A stretch of DNA of 64,000 bases. It comes from an uncultured Bacilli bacterium. Its GTDB lineage: Bacteria > Bacillota_I > Bacilli_A > RF39 > UBA660. The translations under genes and the position numbers were made by a program. The notes under the pieces were generated by a model that was given only the letters and a program-made list of their open reading frames with translations, was not told where the DNA came from and did not search any database. Positions 48,228-58,220 of this stretch are shown here, in pieces. Where the stretch lies: the NCBI GenBank assembly GCA_934183185.1, contig CAKPSO010000003.1:3215-67214 (forward strand). Reading direction: 5' to 3'. Each line of letters begins with the position of its first letter. The first letter of the stretch is position 1.

Positions 48228-49904
48228 ATGAAACCAAACGCTGAAACAAAAATTATTGTTTTAGGTGGTTTAGGTGAAGTGGGAAAAAACATGTATTGTT
48301 TAATGCATGAAGATGAAATTATTATTATTGATGCGGGAATTTGTTTCCCAGAGGGGGAACTTTTAGGAATAGACTATGTCTTACCAGATTATACATTTTT
48401 AAAAGAAAATCAAGATAAAATTAAAGCTTTATTAATAACACATGGTCATGAAGATCATATTGGTGCAATACCATTTTTACTACAAGAAGTAAATATACCG
48501 GCTATTTATGCACCTAATCAGGCCAAAGAATTAATCGCTATAAAGCTAGAAGATCGTAATATACGTTATGATCACTTGTATGCATATGATGATAAAACTA
48601 TTTTAAAATATAAATATTTTGAGATAGAATTCTTTAGAACAACCCATTCAATACCAGATTCCCATGGTATTTACCTAAAAACACCTAATGGTACCGTTGT
48701 AACGACAGGAGACTTTAAGTTTGACTTAACCCCTATTGGACCAATGGCTGACTTACACAAAATGGCTGAACTTGGAAAAAGAGGTGTTGATTTACTTATT
48801 AGTGACTCAACTAATGCTCTTAACGAAGGAATGTCAATTAGTGAATCAAAAGTAGATAATGTCTTAAATGACATATTTGATCGTTATACTCATAACAGAA
48901 TCATTATAGCTACTTTTGCTTCTAATATTTATCGTCTTAAACATATTTTTGAAACATGCTATAAACATAATCGTAAAATATGTGTATTCGGTAGAAGTAT
49001 GGATAATAATATTCAAATATCTATTAAAGGTGGATATATTGATCACAAAGAATTATTAATAACTGCTGAAGAGGCTAACCGTTTAAAACCTAGTGAAGTA
49101 ACTATTCTTTGTACTGGATCCCAAGGAGAACCACTAGCTGCACTATCTAGAATAGCTGATGGAACTCATAAACAAATAAGTTTAAGACCAGAAGATATAG
49201 TAATATTCTCATCTTCTCCAATTCCTGGAAATGCTTTAAGTATAGCTAGAACTATTAATAAGCTATATTTAAAAGGAGTAAAAGTATTTACTAATACTTC
49301 ACTAAGTGATGTACATACATCTGGACATGCTAACGAAGAAGAATTAAAATTAATGATACGTTTACTAATGCCAAAAAATGTTATGCCTTTCCATGGTGAT
49401 TATCGTATGTTGAAAAGACATGCTAATATAGCTATAGAATGTGGTATACCAAAAGAAAATACTTTCGTTATTGAAAATGGAAACATCTTAATAATGAAAG
49501 ATCATAAAATTACTAAATCTAAAGAAACTGTGCCAGGTGAAGACATATATGTAGATGGTAATCGTATCGGACAAATTGGTAGTGTCGTAATTAAAGATCG
49601 TAAAATGATGGCCAATGATGGTATATTAGTAGTAATAGCTAATGTTAATATGGATAAACGAAAACTACTAATTAAGCCTAATATTACTACTCGTGGTTTT
49701 ATCTTAGTAAATGAAAATGAAAAACTTATCAAACAAATAGAACTTCAAGCAGAAAAAATTATAAATAACTGCTTACAAAATACTAAAGATACTTCTAATG
49801 AAATTAAATCTAAAATAATCTCAGAACTATTAATAGTAACAGAAGATATAACTGGTAGAAGACCAATTATATTGCCTGTAATTATTGACGTAAAGAAAGA
49901 TTAA
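48228..49904 (+). CDS. rnj: ribonuclease J
   Basis: Metallo-beta-lactamase HGHEDHIG, beta-CASP and C-terminal domains. N-terminus KIIVLGGLGEVGKNMY. Confidence 0.9.
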   Translation: MKPNAETKIIVLGGLGEVGKNMYCLMHEDEIIIIDAGICFPEGELLGIDYVLPDYTFLKENQDKIKALLITHGHEDHIGAIPFLLQEVNIPAIYAPNQAKELIAIKLEDRNIRYDHLYAYDDKTILKYKYFEIEFFRTTHSIPDSHGIYLKTPNGTVVTTGDFKFDLTPIGPMADLHKMAELGKRGVDLLISDSTNALNEGMSISESKVDNVLNDIFDRYTHNRIIIATFASNIYRLKHIFETCYKHNRKICVFGRSMDNNIQISIKGGYIDHKELLITAEEANRLKPSEVTILCTGSQGEPLAALSRIADGTHKQISLRPEDIVIFSSSPIPGNALSIARTINKLYLKGVKVFTNTSLSDVHTSGHANEEELKLMIRLLMPKNVMPFHGDYRMLKRHANIAIECGIPKENTFVIENGNILIMKDHKITKSKETVPGEDIYVDGNRIGQIGSVVIKDRKMMANDGILVVIANVNMDKRKLLIKPNITTRGFILVNENEKLIKQIELQAEKIINNCLQNTKDTSNEIKSKIISELLIVTEDITGRRPIILPVIIDVKKD

Positions 49905-49937
49905 AGGAACTGTAATTTTACAGTTCCCTTTTTTATT
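49903..49937. terminator. bidirectional terminator
   Basis: GGAACTG-TAATTTTA-CAGTTCC followed by T6. Confidence 0.75.
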
Positions 49938-50763
49938 CTATTTTAGTTTCTACTTCTATTCTATTGCTTGGAGTTACCTTTTCTTTTGACCATTCACTCC
50001 ACTCTTCATAAACCTTACGTTTACAAGTAGTATAACATGAACTATTTTCCTCAGTACAACCATCTTTCTTACAACGATAGCTTTCTGTCCTAAATTTACG
50101 ATAACGATAATATGTAGTAGTAGCTAAATTCTTAACTATTACCTTTCTTGATTTCTGAGTTATATTTCCAACATAATCAACAGCAGTATAGTTAACAGTA
50201 TACTCACCATCATTAGTAGTATCTATATTAGTAACATCAGCACTATACTCTTTAACCCCAGAACCATCATCAGTAACAGAAATACTCGTTTTATAATTAT
50301 ATACTCCACCTTTTTGAACATATAATGGATCAGTAAATTGAATATTAGGTCCCAAAGTATCGATATTATTAATATTAACACTAGCTTTAGGACTAATTTT
50401 ACCCTTTTCATTCTTAACAACTACTGTATAAGTACCATTTTTATCAATTAAAATAGCATTTTCATTTTGCCATGTCTTACCACCATCAAACGAATAAGAA
50501 ACAAGTTTTACTTTCTGATTATCAACAGTAAGAGTAATAGGATCCTTAGTCCATTCAGTTATAGATAAATGAGTAACTGGCAAAGTAGCATCAGTTTTAT
50601 TAAGTAAAGTATTAACTACAAAGAAAATAACTATTCCTATAATAACTAAAGCTAATATAATACATGCTATAATTATTATTAACTTATTTCTCTTTTTAGC
50701 TTTTTCTTTATCTTCTTTAGTTTCTAATTTAATATCAAATTGATCATCTTCTGTATACATCAA
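49933..50763 (-). CDS. membrane-anchored protein with Ig-like (DUF5011-like) domain and Cys-rich C-terminal WSEWS tail
   Basis: N-terminal TM. YSFDGGKTWQ and DGEYTVNYTAVDYVGN Ig-like motifs. C-terminal YYRYRK...C..C...C..CKRKVYEEWSEWSKEKV. Confidence 0.5.
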   Translation of the reverse strand: MMYTEDDQFDIKLETKEDKEKAKKRNKLIIIIACIILALVIIGIVIFFVVNTLLNKTDATLPVTHLSITEWTKDPITLTVDNQKVKLVSYSFDGGKTWQNENAILIDKNGTYTVVVKNEKGKISPKASVNINNIDTLGPNIQFTDPLYVQKGGVYNYKTSISVTDDGSGVKEYSADVTNIDTTNDGEYTVNYTAVDYVGNITQKSRKVIVKNLATTTYYRYRKFRTESYRCKKDGCTEENSSCYTTCKRKVYEEWSEWSKEKVTPSNRIEVETKIE

Positions 50764-50771
50764 ATGTCACC

Positions 50772-51647
50772 TCAATCTTCTTTTATCATAGTTTCTACTT
50801 CCGTAGTAGCATTAGCTTGAACTTTTTCTTGCTGCCATTCACTCCATTCACCCCATGTTATATTATTACATGTCTTATAACATGTTTGACAGCACTGTTT
50901 ATTTTCATTCATTTTGTATCCAGTTGGACATGTACCAGTTTCTATAGCTGAATATGAAGAAACGCAGTTACATAAGTATGGTTCACATTGAGTAGTTTGA
51001 ACTACACCCTTTCTATAACGATAATACGTTCTACCCTTAATATCTCTAATAATAATAGTACGATTCTTTTCAACAAAATTACCTGCATTATCAAATGCTG
51101 AATAAGTAAGGACATATTCCCCCTCAGCAGATGTATCGATAGTAGCTGGAGTCACTGTATAATTATTATTAAGTCCAGAACCACTATCAGTAACTTGTAC
51201 TCCCATTCTAGGAGAAAAAATACTACCCATCTGAACATAAGTAACACTTTCAAAAGCCATAGTTGGTGGTTCATTATCTATATTATTAACTGATATTACA
51301 TTCTTCTTACTAAGTTTACCATTTTTATCCTTTACTTGAACTACCACTTCCCCATTTTTAGAAACTATATATAATGGACTTTCCTGGAAACTATATCCAC
51401 CGTCAAAAGAATATTCACTTATTTTACTAGTATCATTTTCAACTTTAACAGTTATACTTTCAGACGTCCATTCAGTAGTAGATAAACTAACTACTGGTAC
51501 TTTTACAAGTGGTAAACTCCTTATATATACCACTAATAATACCCCTAATAGTATCATTAAAATAATACAAGTAATAATAACAGCTATAATTATATGTTTA
51601 GTTTTAGTATTTGATATCTTTCTTAATGCCTGCTCTTCATTATACAT
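50772..51647 (-). CDS. paralog of 49933-50763 (membrane anchor, Ig-like domain, Cys-rich WSEWS tail)
   Basis: YSFDGGYSFQ, EGEYVLTYSAFDNAGN, C-terminal 12-Cys region ending WGEWSEWQQEKV. Confidence 0.5.
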   Translation of the reverse strand: MYNEEQALRKISNTKTKHIIIAVIITCIILMILLGVLLVVYIRSLPLVKVPVVSLSTTEWTSESITVKVENDTSKISEYSFDGGYSFQESPLYIVSKNGEVVVQVKDKNGKLSKKNVISVNNIDNEPPTMAFESVTYVQMGSIFSPRMGVQVTDSGSGLNNNYTVTPATIDTSAEGEYVLTYSAFDNAGNFVEKNRTIIIRDIKGRTYYRYRKGVVQTTQCEPYLCNCVSSYSAIETGTCPTGYKMNENKQCCQTCYKTCNNITWGEWSEWQQEKVQANATTEVETMIKED

Positions 51648-51715
51648 GAAATCACCCCTATTTCCTATATATTGAATATACCATAAAAGAAAAAAAAAGT
51701 ATAGAAAAAAGGAGA

Positions 51716-53272
51716 CTATTTTGCCTCCTCTTGAGCTCTAGTTTCACGAACTACAGTAACTTTAATAGTACCAGGATATTGCATAGTTGCTTCTATTTGT
51801 TCTTTTATGTCACGAGCAATTTTATGAGCCATTAAATCATCAACCTCTTCAGGTTTAACGATAACTCTAAGCTCTCTTCCAGCCTGAACTGCAAATGTCT
51901 TTTCAACACCAGCAATACCATTACCAATAGACTCTAGCTGTTCTAGACGTTTAATATAATTTTCTAATGAGTCATTACGAGCACCAGGCCTTGATGCAGA
52001 CAACGCATCAGCTACTGCCACAAGAACAGAAATAACGTTATTAGCTTCATGATCTCCATGATGGGATGCAATAGCATTAATAACTACATCATTTTCATGA
52101 TATTTCTTAGCTATATCAACACCAATCTCAACGTGACTACCCTCAATTTCATGATCAATAGCTTTACCAATATCATGAAGTAAACCAGCTCTTTTAGCCA
52201 TTGTAACATTTTCTCCAAGTTCACCAGCAAGTAAACCAGTTAAATGGGCTACTTCGATTGAGTGCTGTAATGCATTTTGTCCATAACTTGTTCTAAAGTG
52301 TAATTTACCTATAATTTCAACAAGTTCTGGATCAACTTTAGTAATACCTAATTCAAATAAAGCATTATTACCATATTCAATAATCTTAGCTTTCATATCT
52401 TTACTTACTTTATCATATATTTCTTCAATTCTAGTTGGATGGATTCTACCATCTTTTAATAAAGTTTCAAGAGTTACTCTAGCAATTTCCCTACGTAGAG
52501 GATCAAAGCTTGAAAGAACTACTGCTTCAGGTGTATCATCAATAATTAAATCAACACCAGTAATTGCTTCAATAGTACGAATATTTCTACCTTCACGTCC
52601 AATAATTCTTCCCTTTAAATCATCATTAGGCAAATTAACTACTGTAACTGTCTGTTCATTAGCTACATCAGAAGCAAACTTTTGCATAGAACTAACTAAT
52701 AATTCTTTAGCTTTTTTATCTACTTCAAGCTTAGCCTCATTCTCAGTTTCTTTAATATACGCTGATATTTCTTTAGCCATAGCTTCCCTTACCTTAGCCA
52801 TAACCATTTCTTTAGCCTTATCACGTTTAATACCTGATATTTCATGTAATAAATCTAGTTGCTGTTGTTTAATTTCTTCCACTTTTACTTGTTCGTCTTG
52901 GATTTCTTTTTGTTTTTCAAATAATTTATTTTCTCTTTCATCTAAATTAGACTCACGTTTCTGATAAAGTTCATCACGTTTATCCATATTTTTTTCTCTC
53001 TGAATCAAACGTTCCTCTGAATCTTTAATTTCAGCTTTACGTTCTTTAACTTCTTTATCATATTCTAGTTTTAATTTATGTATTTCTTCCTTTGTTTCTA
53101 AAATTGATTCTCTCTTAGCTTTTTCAGCATCTTTTTTAGCTTTTTCTAATAAATCTTTAATTCTATTTGAAGAATTCTTTTCGCGAAAAGAATTCCAAAT
53201 CATATTTAAAACAAATCCTAAAATTAATCCAACGATTAGTAAAATGGAGAAAGTAACTGGGTTCATTTCCAC
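51716..53272 (-). CDS. rny: ribonuclease Y
   Basis: N-terminal TM, coiled coil, KH domain ([11 protein letters not shown]) and HD domain (LLHDIGKA). Confidence 0.9.
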   Translation of the reverse strand: MEMNPVTFSILLIVGLILGFVLNMIWNSFREKNSSNRIKDLLEKAKKDAEKAKRESILETKEEIHKLKLEYDKEVKERKAEIKDSEERLIQREKNMDKRDELYQKRESNLDERENKLFEKQKEIQDEQVKVEEIKQQQLDLLHEISGIKRDKAKEMVMAKVREAMAKEISAYIKETENEAKLEVDKKAKELLVSSMQKFASDVANEQTVTVVNLPNDDLKGRIIGREGRNIRTIEAITGVDLIIDDTPEAVVLSSFDPLRREIARVTLETLLKDGRIHPTRIEEIYDKVSKDMKAKIIEYGNNALFELGITKVDPELVEIIGKLHFRTSYGQNALQHSIEVAHLTGLLAGELGENVTMAKRAGLLHDIGKAIDHEIEGSHVEIGVDIAKKYHENDVVINAIASHHGDHEANNVISVLVAVADALSASRPGARNDSLENYIKRLEQLESIGNGIAGVEKTFAVQAGRELRVIVKPEEVDDLMAHKIARDIKEQIEATMQYPGTIKVTVVRETRAQEEAK

Positions 53273-53361
53273 ACCTCCATTTTATGTATGTACAATTCAT
53301 TAATTATAACATCTACTTATATTGTAAGTTTTAAAAATGAAGAAGTCAAGAACTTTAAATA

Positions 53362-54204
53362 TTATTTACTACGCCTACGCACAATTTTATTAGATATCAA
53401 CAACCAATCTTCATCATTCAAAGTACTAGCCTGTTTAATTTCTGGTATAACAGGTTCATATTTAGAAGAACGCGAAAAGCGTAATTGTTTTATTTTTCTT
53501 TTAAAAATCATATGAAAAGTACATAGTAATGGTTTATCACTTGTACCTTTAATTACCTTACTATTAGAACGATTAATAATATAATCATAACAACTAATAG
53601 TTAATTCGATTTTTAGATACAAATCACTATCTATCAAACGAGTATCCATAATTTGACAATTTAAAAATTCTTTAACTTGAATAATATGTTGCATATTTTT
53701 TCTACGGAAATAGTCTAACTGTCTAACATTTTCTTGATATAATTCTTTACTCATATAAATAGACGCATCTCGTAAATTATCACTACTATATGATTCAGCT
53801 ATATGTGAATACAAATCAAATACATATAAGTAAAATTGATCAATTTTAAAATCAGGATCAACTGCTAATAATTTAGCATCTACTGTATCTTGGTTAGCAT
53901 CAAGAATATCATCCGTCCATTTTTCATTATTTTTAGGAATATCTTGAAAATCATCGTCTACATCTAATTCATCTGTTACCCAATCATCATTCAATGTATC
54001 AATCTTATTATTAATGATAGGTTTATCATTTTCTTTTAAATAAGATACTTCAATTTCATCAGTATCATCATTAGACTCATAATCATTTTTATTTTTACTA
54101 AAAAGTTTCATAATATTTGGTGTAAAATATAAAAATACACAAAACTCTAAGAAAGCTAAAACTAATATAAAGATTAAAATAGATGAAATACTCATATTAC
54201 TCAC
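53362..54204 (-). CDS. membrane protein with Tim44-like C-terminal domain
   Basis: N-terminal TM, acidic linker, C-terminal ~150 aa resembling the Tim44-like domain (FYLYVFDLYSHIAESY...). Confidence 0.45.
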   Translation of the reverse strand: MSNMSISSILIFILVLAFLEFCVFLYFTPNIMKLFSKNKNDYESNDDTDEIEVSYLKENDKPIINNKIDTLNDDWVTDELDVDDDFQDIPKNNEKWTDDILDANQDTVDAKLLAVDPDFKIDQFYLYVFDLYSHIAESYSSDNLRDASIYMSKELYQENVRQLDYFRRKNMQHIIQVKEFLNCQIMDTRLIDSDLYLKIELTISCYDYIINRSNSKVIKGTSDKPLLCTFHMIFKRKIKQLRFSRSSKYEPVIPEIKQASTLNDEDWLLISNKIVRRRSK

Positions 54205-54353
54205 TCCTATTATTCATCATATGAATTACTATTTTTTAATATAATACCATTTTAGCATAGTTTTATTAATTTTGATATGTATTTTTAACTGTTAAATTTA
54301 GAAAAAAAATATGTAATTATATTTTAAACATAGTTACATATTTTTATATGCAT

Positions 54354-55367
54354 TTATTTAGTATCATTTTTTACAGTAATACCATAGTAAGAACGTACTT
54401 TAGCTTCCAAATCATCACAAATATCTTTATGATCTTTTAGAAATAATTTAACATTTTCTTTTCCTTGACCAATCTTTTCACCATTATATGAATACCAAGC
54501 ACCACTTTTTTCTAATATACCACTATCAGTAGCTAAATCAATAATTTCTCCTTCATGAGAAACACCCTCACCATACATAATATCAACAACGGCACTTTTA
54601 AATGGTGGTGCAACTTTATTTTTAACTACTTTAATAGTTGTTTTATTACCAACGATTCCATCCCCCATTTTTAAAGCTTCACTACGACGTACATCAAGCC
54701 TAATAGTTGAATAGAATTTTAAAGCCCTTCCACCAGGAGTAGTTTCTGGATTACCAAACATAACTCCAACTTTTTCACGTAATTGATTAATAAAAATAGC
54801 TGTCGTTTTTGTTTTACTAATAGTACCAGATAACTTACGTAGTGCCTGACTCATAAGTCTAGCCTGTAATCCTACATGTGAATCACCCATATCACCATCT
54901 ATTTCAGCTTGTGGAACTAAAGCAGCAACACTATCAATAACTACAATATTAACTGCTTCACTTCTAACCAAAGCCTCACATATTTCAAGGGCTTGTTCTC
55001 CCGTATCAGGTTGTGCCAATAATAATTCATTAATATCAACGCCTAAATTTTTAGCATATACTGGATCAAGTGCATGTTCAGCATCGATAAACGCAGCTCT
55101 ACCTCCTCGCTTTTGAACCTCAGCTATTGCATGTAAAGCAAAGGTAGTTTTACCACTAGATTCAGGCCCATATATTTCAATTATACGTCCCTTTGGATAT
55201 CCACCAACACCAAGGGCAATATCTAAAGTTAAGCTACCACTAGGAGTAACATCTAATTCCATATGTTTATTATCCCCTAATTTCATAATGGCACCTTTAC
55301 CAAATTGTTTTTCAATATCACTAAGCACCTTTTCTAGTGCCAAGTCTTTACTATCATTTTTGCTCAT
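54354..55367 (-). CDS. recA: recombinase RecA
   Basis: [13 protein letters not shown] Walker A. Near-canonical RecA throughout. Confidence 0.95.
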   Translation of the reverse strand: MSKNDSKDLALEKVLSDIEKQFGKGAIMKLGDNKHMELDVTPSGSLTLDIALGVGGYPKGRIIEIYGPESSGKTTFALHAIAEVQKRGGRAAFIDAEHALDPVYAKNLGVDINELLLAQPDTGEQALEICEALVRSEAVNIVVIDSVAALVPQAEIDGDMGDSHVGLQARLMSQALRKLSGTISKTKTTAIFINQLREKVGVMFGNPETTPGGRALKFYSTIRLDVRRSEALKMGDGIVGNKTTIKVVKNKVAPPFKSAVVDIMYGEGVSHEGEIIDLATDSGILEKSGAWYSYNGEKIGQGKENVKLFLKDHKDICDDLEAKVRSYYGITVKNDTK

Positions 55368-55473
55368 AATTCCTCCTTAAGTTTATCTACAATCTAATTG
55401 TACTGCATAACTAAAGAAAAAGTCAAGCTTTTTTCAAACAAATGTTTTATTAATTTTTAAATACAAAATAGCA

Positions 55474-55505
55474 TAGAAAAAAGAAAATTCGCTAAGGGAA
55501 TTTTC
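55474..55505 (-). terminator. rho-independent terminator between pgsA and recA
   Basis: GAAAATTC-GCTAAGG-GAATTTTC with T-run on minus. A similar motif recurs at 39040-39090 after the SSB-like gene. Confidence 0.6.
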
Positions 55506-55528
55506 CATTTTCATTACCAAATATAACA

Positions 55529-56116
55529 TTAATTTTCAAAAATGATATTTTTATTAAGATAAAAATATTGAATCATAGACACTAAAGACATAATAGTAGC
55601 AAAATATAAAAAGAATAAATCAACACGTATTCCCATTAACTCAAAAGGCATATTACTAAAGAATAATAAAACCATTCCCGTCATAAGAGAAGCAGTTTTA
55701 ATCTTACCGGATTTAATAGCCGCAACAACTTTGCCTTTAGCAGCAGCCTCCATTTTAATAGTATTAACTACAATATCTCTAACTACAACAACTACTGGTA
55801 CAACTGGACTAAGTAACCCCTCAGCTGAAAATATAATAAGTATAGGATTAACTAAAATTTTATCAGCTATAGCATCTAACATCTTACCTGTATCAGTAAC
55901 CTGATTATTTTTCCTAGCTAAGTATCCATCAAAGAAATCAGTAACTGATGCAATCAAAAATATAACTCCTGCTATAACGTAACGTAAATCCATATCAACA
56001 CCAGCTCTAATAACTGGAATTGAAACACCAATAGCATCAAATGGAAATAATAATAACCCCATAACAACAACAGCTAAAACAATTCTAACTACAGTCAATT
56101 TAGTAGGAAAATTCAT
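55529..56116 (-). CDS. pgsA: CDP-diacylglycerol--glycerol-3-phosphate 3-phosphatidyltransferase
   Basis: CDP-alcohol phosphatidyltransferase motif DFFDGYLARK...GKMLDAIADK. Confidence 0.85.
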   Translation of the reverse strand: MNFPTKLTVVRIVLAVVVMGLLLFPFDAIGVSIPVIRAGVDMDLRYVIAGVIFLIASVTDFFDGYLARKNNQVTDTGKMLDAIADKILVNPILIIFSAEGLLSPVVPVVVVVRDIVVNTIKMEAAAKGKVVAAIKSGKIKTASLMTGMVLLFFSNMPFELMGIRVDLFFLYFATIMSLVSMIQYFYLNKNIIFEN

Positions 56117-56597
56117 AATATACCTCCTTATTTCCCATCAATTCAGTACTAATATTATCATCTCTATTACTAAAACGAATAACCATAAATATAATTAATA
56201 AAATTCCAAACACAATTCCAAGTCCAATAATTATAGATTTATATGGAATATTCTTTTTTTTAGGAATCATTGTATAAGGAGAAGATATTTTCTTTTTTTC
56301 TTCTTCCTGCTTTTTTAAAGCTCTAGCTTCTTTTATATCATCAAGAGAAATCTTAGAAGTATGTTCAAACATAAAATCATTAAATTCATCCATTACTTGA
56401 TTTAATTCTAACCCTAAATATTTAGCATAATCACGCACTAATTCTTTTAAAACAAATACATCCTTAAAAGCTCTAGTGTTACCTTCTTCAATATTTTCAA
56501 GTTGAGTAACAGATAAATTCAAATCTTCGCTAGCTTCTTCCAAACCAACTCCATTATTAATTCTAACATTTCTTAAATATTCTCCAATTTCTTTCAA
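56100..56597 (-). CDS. rodZ: RodZ-like HTH membrane protein
   Basis: HTH IGEYLRNVRINNGVGLEEASEDLNLSVTQLENIEEG, single TM. Start most likely TTG at 56597 (GGAG RBS), not the track's 56696, which would overlap rnpB. Confidence 0.65.
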   Translation of the reverse strand: MKEIGEYLRNVRINNGVGLEEASEDLNLSVTQLENIEEGNTRAFKDVFVLKELVRDYAKYLGLELNQVMDEFNDFMFEHTSKISLDDIKEARALKKQEEEKKKISSPYTMIPKKKNIPYKSIIIGLGIVFGILLIIFMVIRFSNRDDNISTELMGNKEVYYEFSY

Positions 56598-56649
56598 AAT
56601 ATCCACTCCAAACAAAAAACAAAAACCTAAGTTTCTATTTTTAAAATCA

Positions 56650-57005
56650 AAATAATACTTTATAAGCCATGTTCTGTACCTATTACTAGGCGACAAACAT
56701 TTATCTATCAGTTACCTGATCCCCAATTTGGTTATAATTCCCTCCTTGAAGCTCCCCTACCATAATTTGGGTTTCTCACTCGCGGGGTTTACCATCGTTT
56801 CACTTACTTTTTTCAAAGCAATATCGTCACTGTGGCACTTTACAGTTACTAATTCCATATCAAACGACTTAGGAATCTTCACCGCCGTTAGCAAATGCTA
56901 CCTAGGGTTATTTTTTCCCCTAGCACGAACACTAAAAGCATTCCAGCTTTTGTGAGCATGGACTTTCCTCTACATTATAATAAATGTAGCGTTTGTCAAA
57001 GTATT
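56650..57005 (-). ncRNA. rnpB: RNase P RNA (type B)
   Basis: Minus strand contains AGAGGAAAGUCCAUGCUC (P4 5' strand), AAGUGCCACAGUGACGA, CGAUGGUAAACCCCGCGAGUGAGAAACCCAAAUUAUGGUAGGGGAGC and ACAGAACAUGG. Each has a close match in B. subtilis rnpB. P1 pairs AAUAAUACUUU with AAAGUAUUAUU. Sits next to gpsB as in Bacillus. Confidence 0.85.
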
Positions 57006-57321
57006 ATTCTTCTTCTTTATCTTCTTTTCCGTAAACTATTTTTTCTAAATTAGAAACTCGACGAATAATATCTAAATTAGTAATTTCTTTATCTTCAGTT
57101 TTAGCAATATCAATACTCATCTTAACATTTCTAAGTTCCTGCTTTAAATTCATAATTTCTTTAAGCAATCCTTCTTTTTCACCTTCAAGTGTCTTAATCT
57201 TATCATAGAATTGTTCATAATCTCCAATAATCTTATCTAAGAACTGATCAACTTCTTTTAATCGATAACCTCTAGTATCAATTTTAAATTCTTTTTCTAA
57301 GATATCTTGTGGTGTTAACAT
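57004..57321 (-). CDS. gpsB: cell-cycle protein GpsB (DivIVA-domain)
   Basis: LTPQDILEKEFKIDTRGYRLKEVDQFLDKIIGDYE DivIVA N-domain, ~105 aa. Confidence 0.85.
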   Translation of the reverse strand: MLTPQDILEKEFKIDTRGYRLKEVDQFLDKIIGDYEQFYDKIKTLEGEKEGLLKEIMNLKQELRNVKMSIDIAKTEDKEITNLDIIRRVSNLEKIVYGKEDKEEE

Positions 57322-57632
57322 TATCATACACTTTCACCAATCCCTTACACTGCTATTATGACAAAATTTGACTTAAATGTCAATGAAAATCAATCATGAT
57401 GAAGATACACATGTAGCTTAACATATACTATTCTTTTTTCCATCTTATTAAATATTTCCATCAACTGTAAATAATTCATATTATTCACCTCACTACTATC
57501 ATACATTAAAAATATTACTATGTAACAAATTCGACAAAACTAGAATTATTTTTTACATCAAACTAATTAAAAAGAAAAGAAAATAATAGAAAAATAATAC
57601 ATAATATAGTATAATGATATCTAGGTGATTAG

Positions 57633-58220
57633 ATGGAATATAAGAGTACTAATCCATTACAGCAAATTTTAAAGCAAAAGCAAGAATTTCATAATAATCG
57701 TGGAAAAAATCTAGAAAATGATATCAATCAATCAAACCAATATTACGTTGATAGCAAAAAAGCTTTTATATATAAAAAACCTACTCCTATAAAAATATCT
57801 AAGGTTAATTATCCAACTAAAAATAATAGAAGTGGAAAAATAGTTATTACTGAAGCTTATTTTGAAGCACCATCAACTACTGACTATAATGGATTATATC
57901 AAGGAAAATATATTGATTTTGAAGCTAAAGAAACCAATAATAATAGTTATTTTCCACTAGAAAATATTCATCCTCATCAAATAAAACATTTAAAAAATGT
58001 TATCGAAAATGGTGGAATTGGCTTTTTAATAGTAAGATTTACAGTGTACCATAAAACATTCATACTATTTGCTGAGGATTTTTTCAACTATATTGATAGA
58101 AGTCCTAGGAAATCAATACCATATGAATATTTCTTAGAAAAAGGCCATGAAATACAAGAAAAATATAGTCCAAGATTAGACTATTTAGAAATTATTAAAA
58201 AATATATGGAGGTGTCATAA
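57633..58220 (+). CDS. recU: Holliday-junction resolvase RecU
   Basis: GKYIDFEAKETNNNSYFPLENIHPHQIKHLK matches the RecU catalytic region. Immediately upstream of ponA, as in Bacillus. Confidence 0.85.
   Translation: MEYKSTNPLQQILKQKQEFHNNRGKNLENDINQSNQYYVDSKKAFIYKKPTPIKISKVNYPTKNNRSGKIVITEAYFEAPSTTDYNGLYQGKYIDFEAKETNNNSYFPLENIHPHQIKHLKNVIENGGIGFLIVRFTVYHKTFILFAEDFFNYIDRSPRKSIPYEYFLEKGHEIQEKYSPRLDYLEIIKKYMEVS

Noticed and set aside
50700-51000. WSEWS motif as evidence of cytokine-receptor or thrombospondin homology
   Set aside because: A five-residue motif alone is insufficient. The surrounding Cys spacing does not match the TSR1 consensus. Kept only as a descriptive label.
56728-56955. 75 aa plus-strand ORF (MVIIPSLKLPYHNLGF...)
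   Set aside because: Lies antisense within the RNase P RNA gene. Its openness is due to the GC-rich structured RNA.
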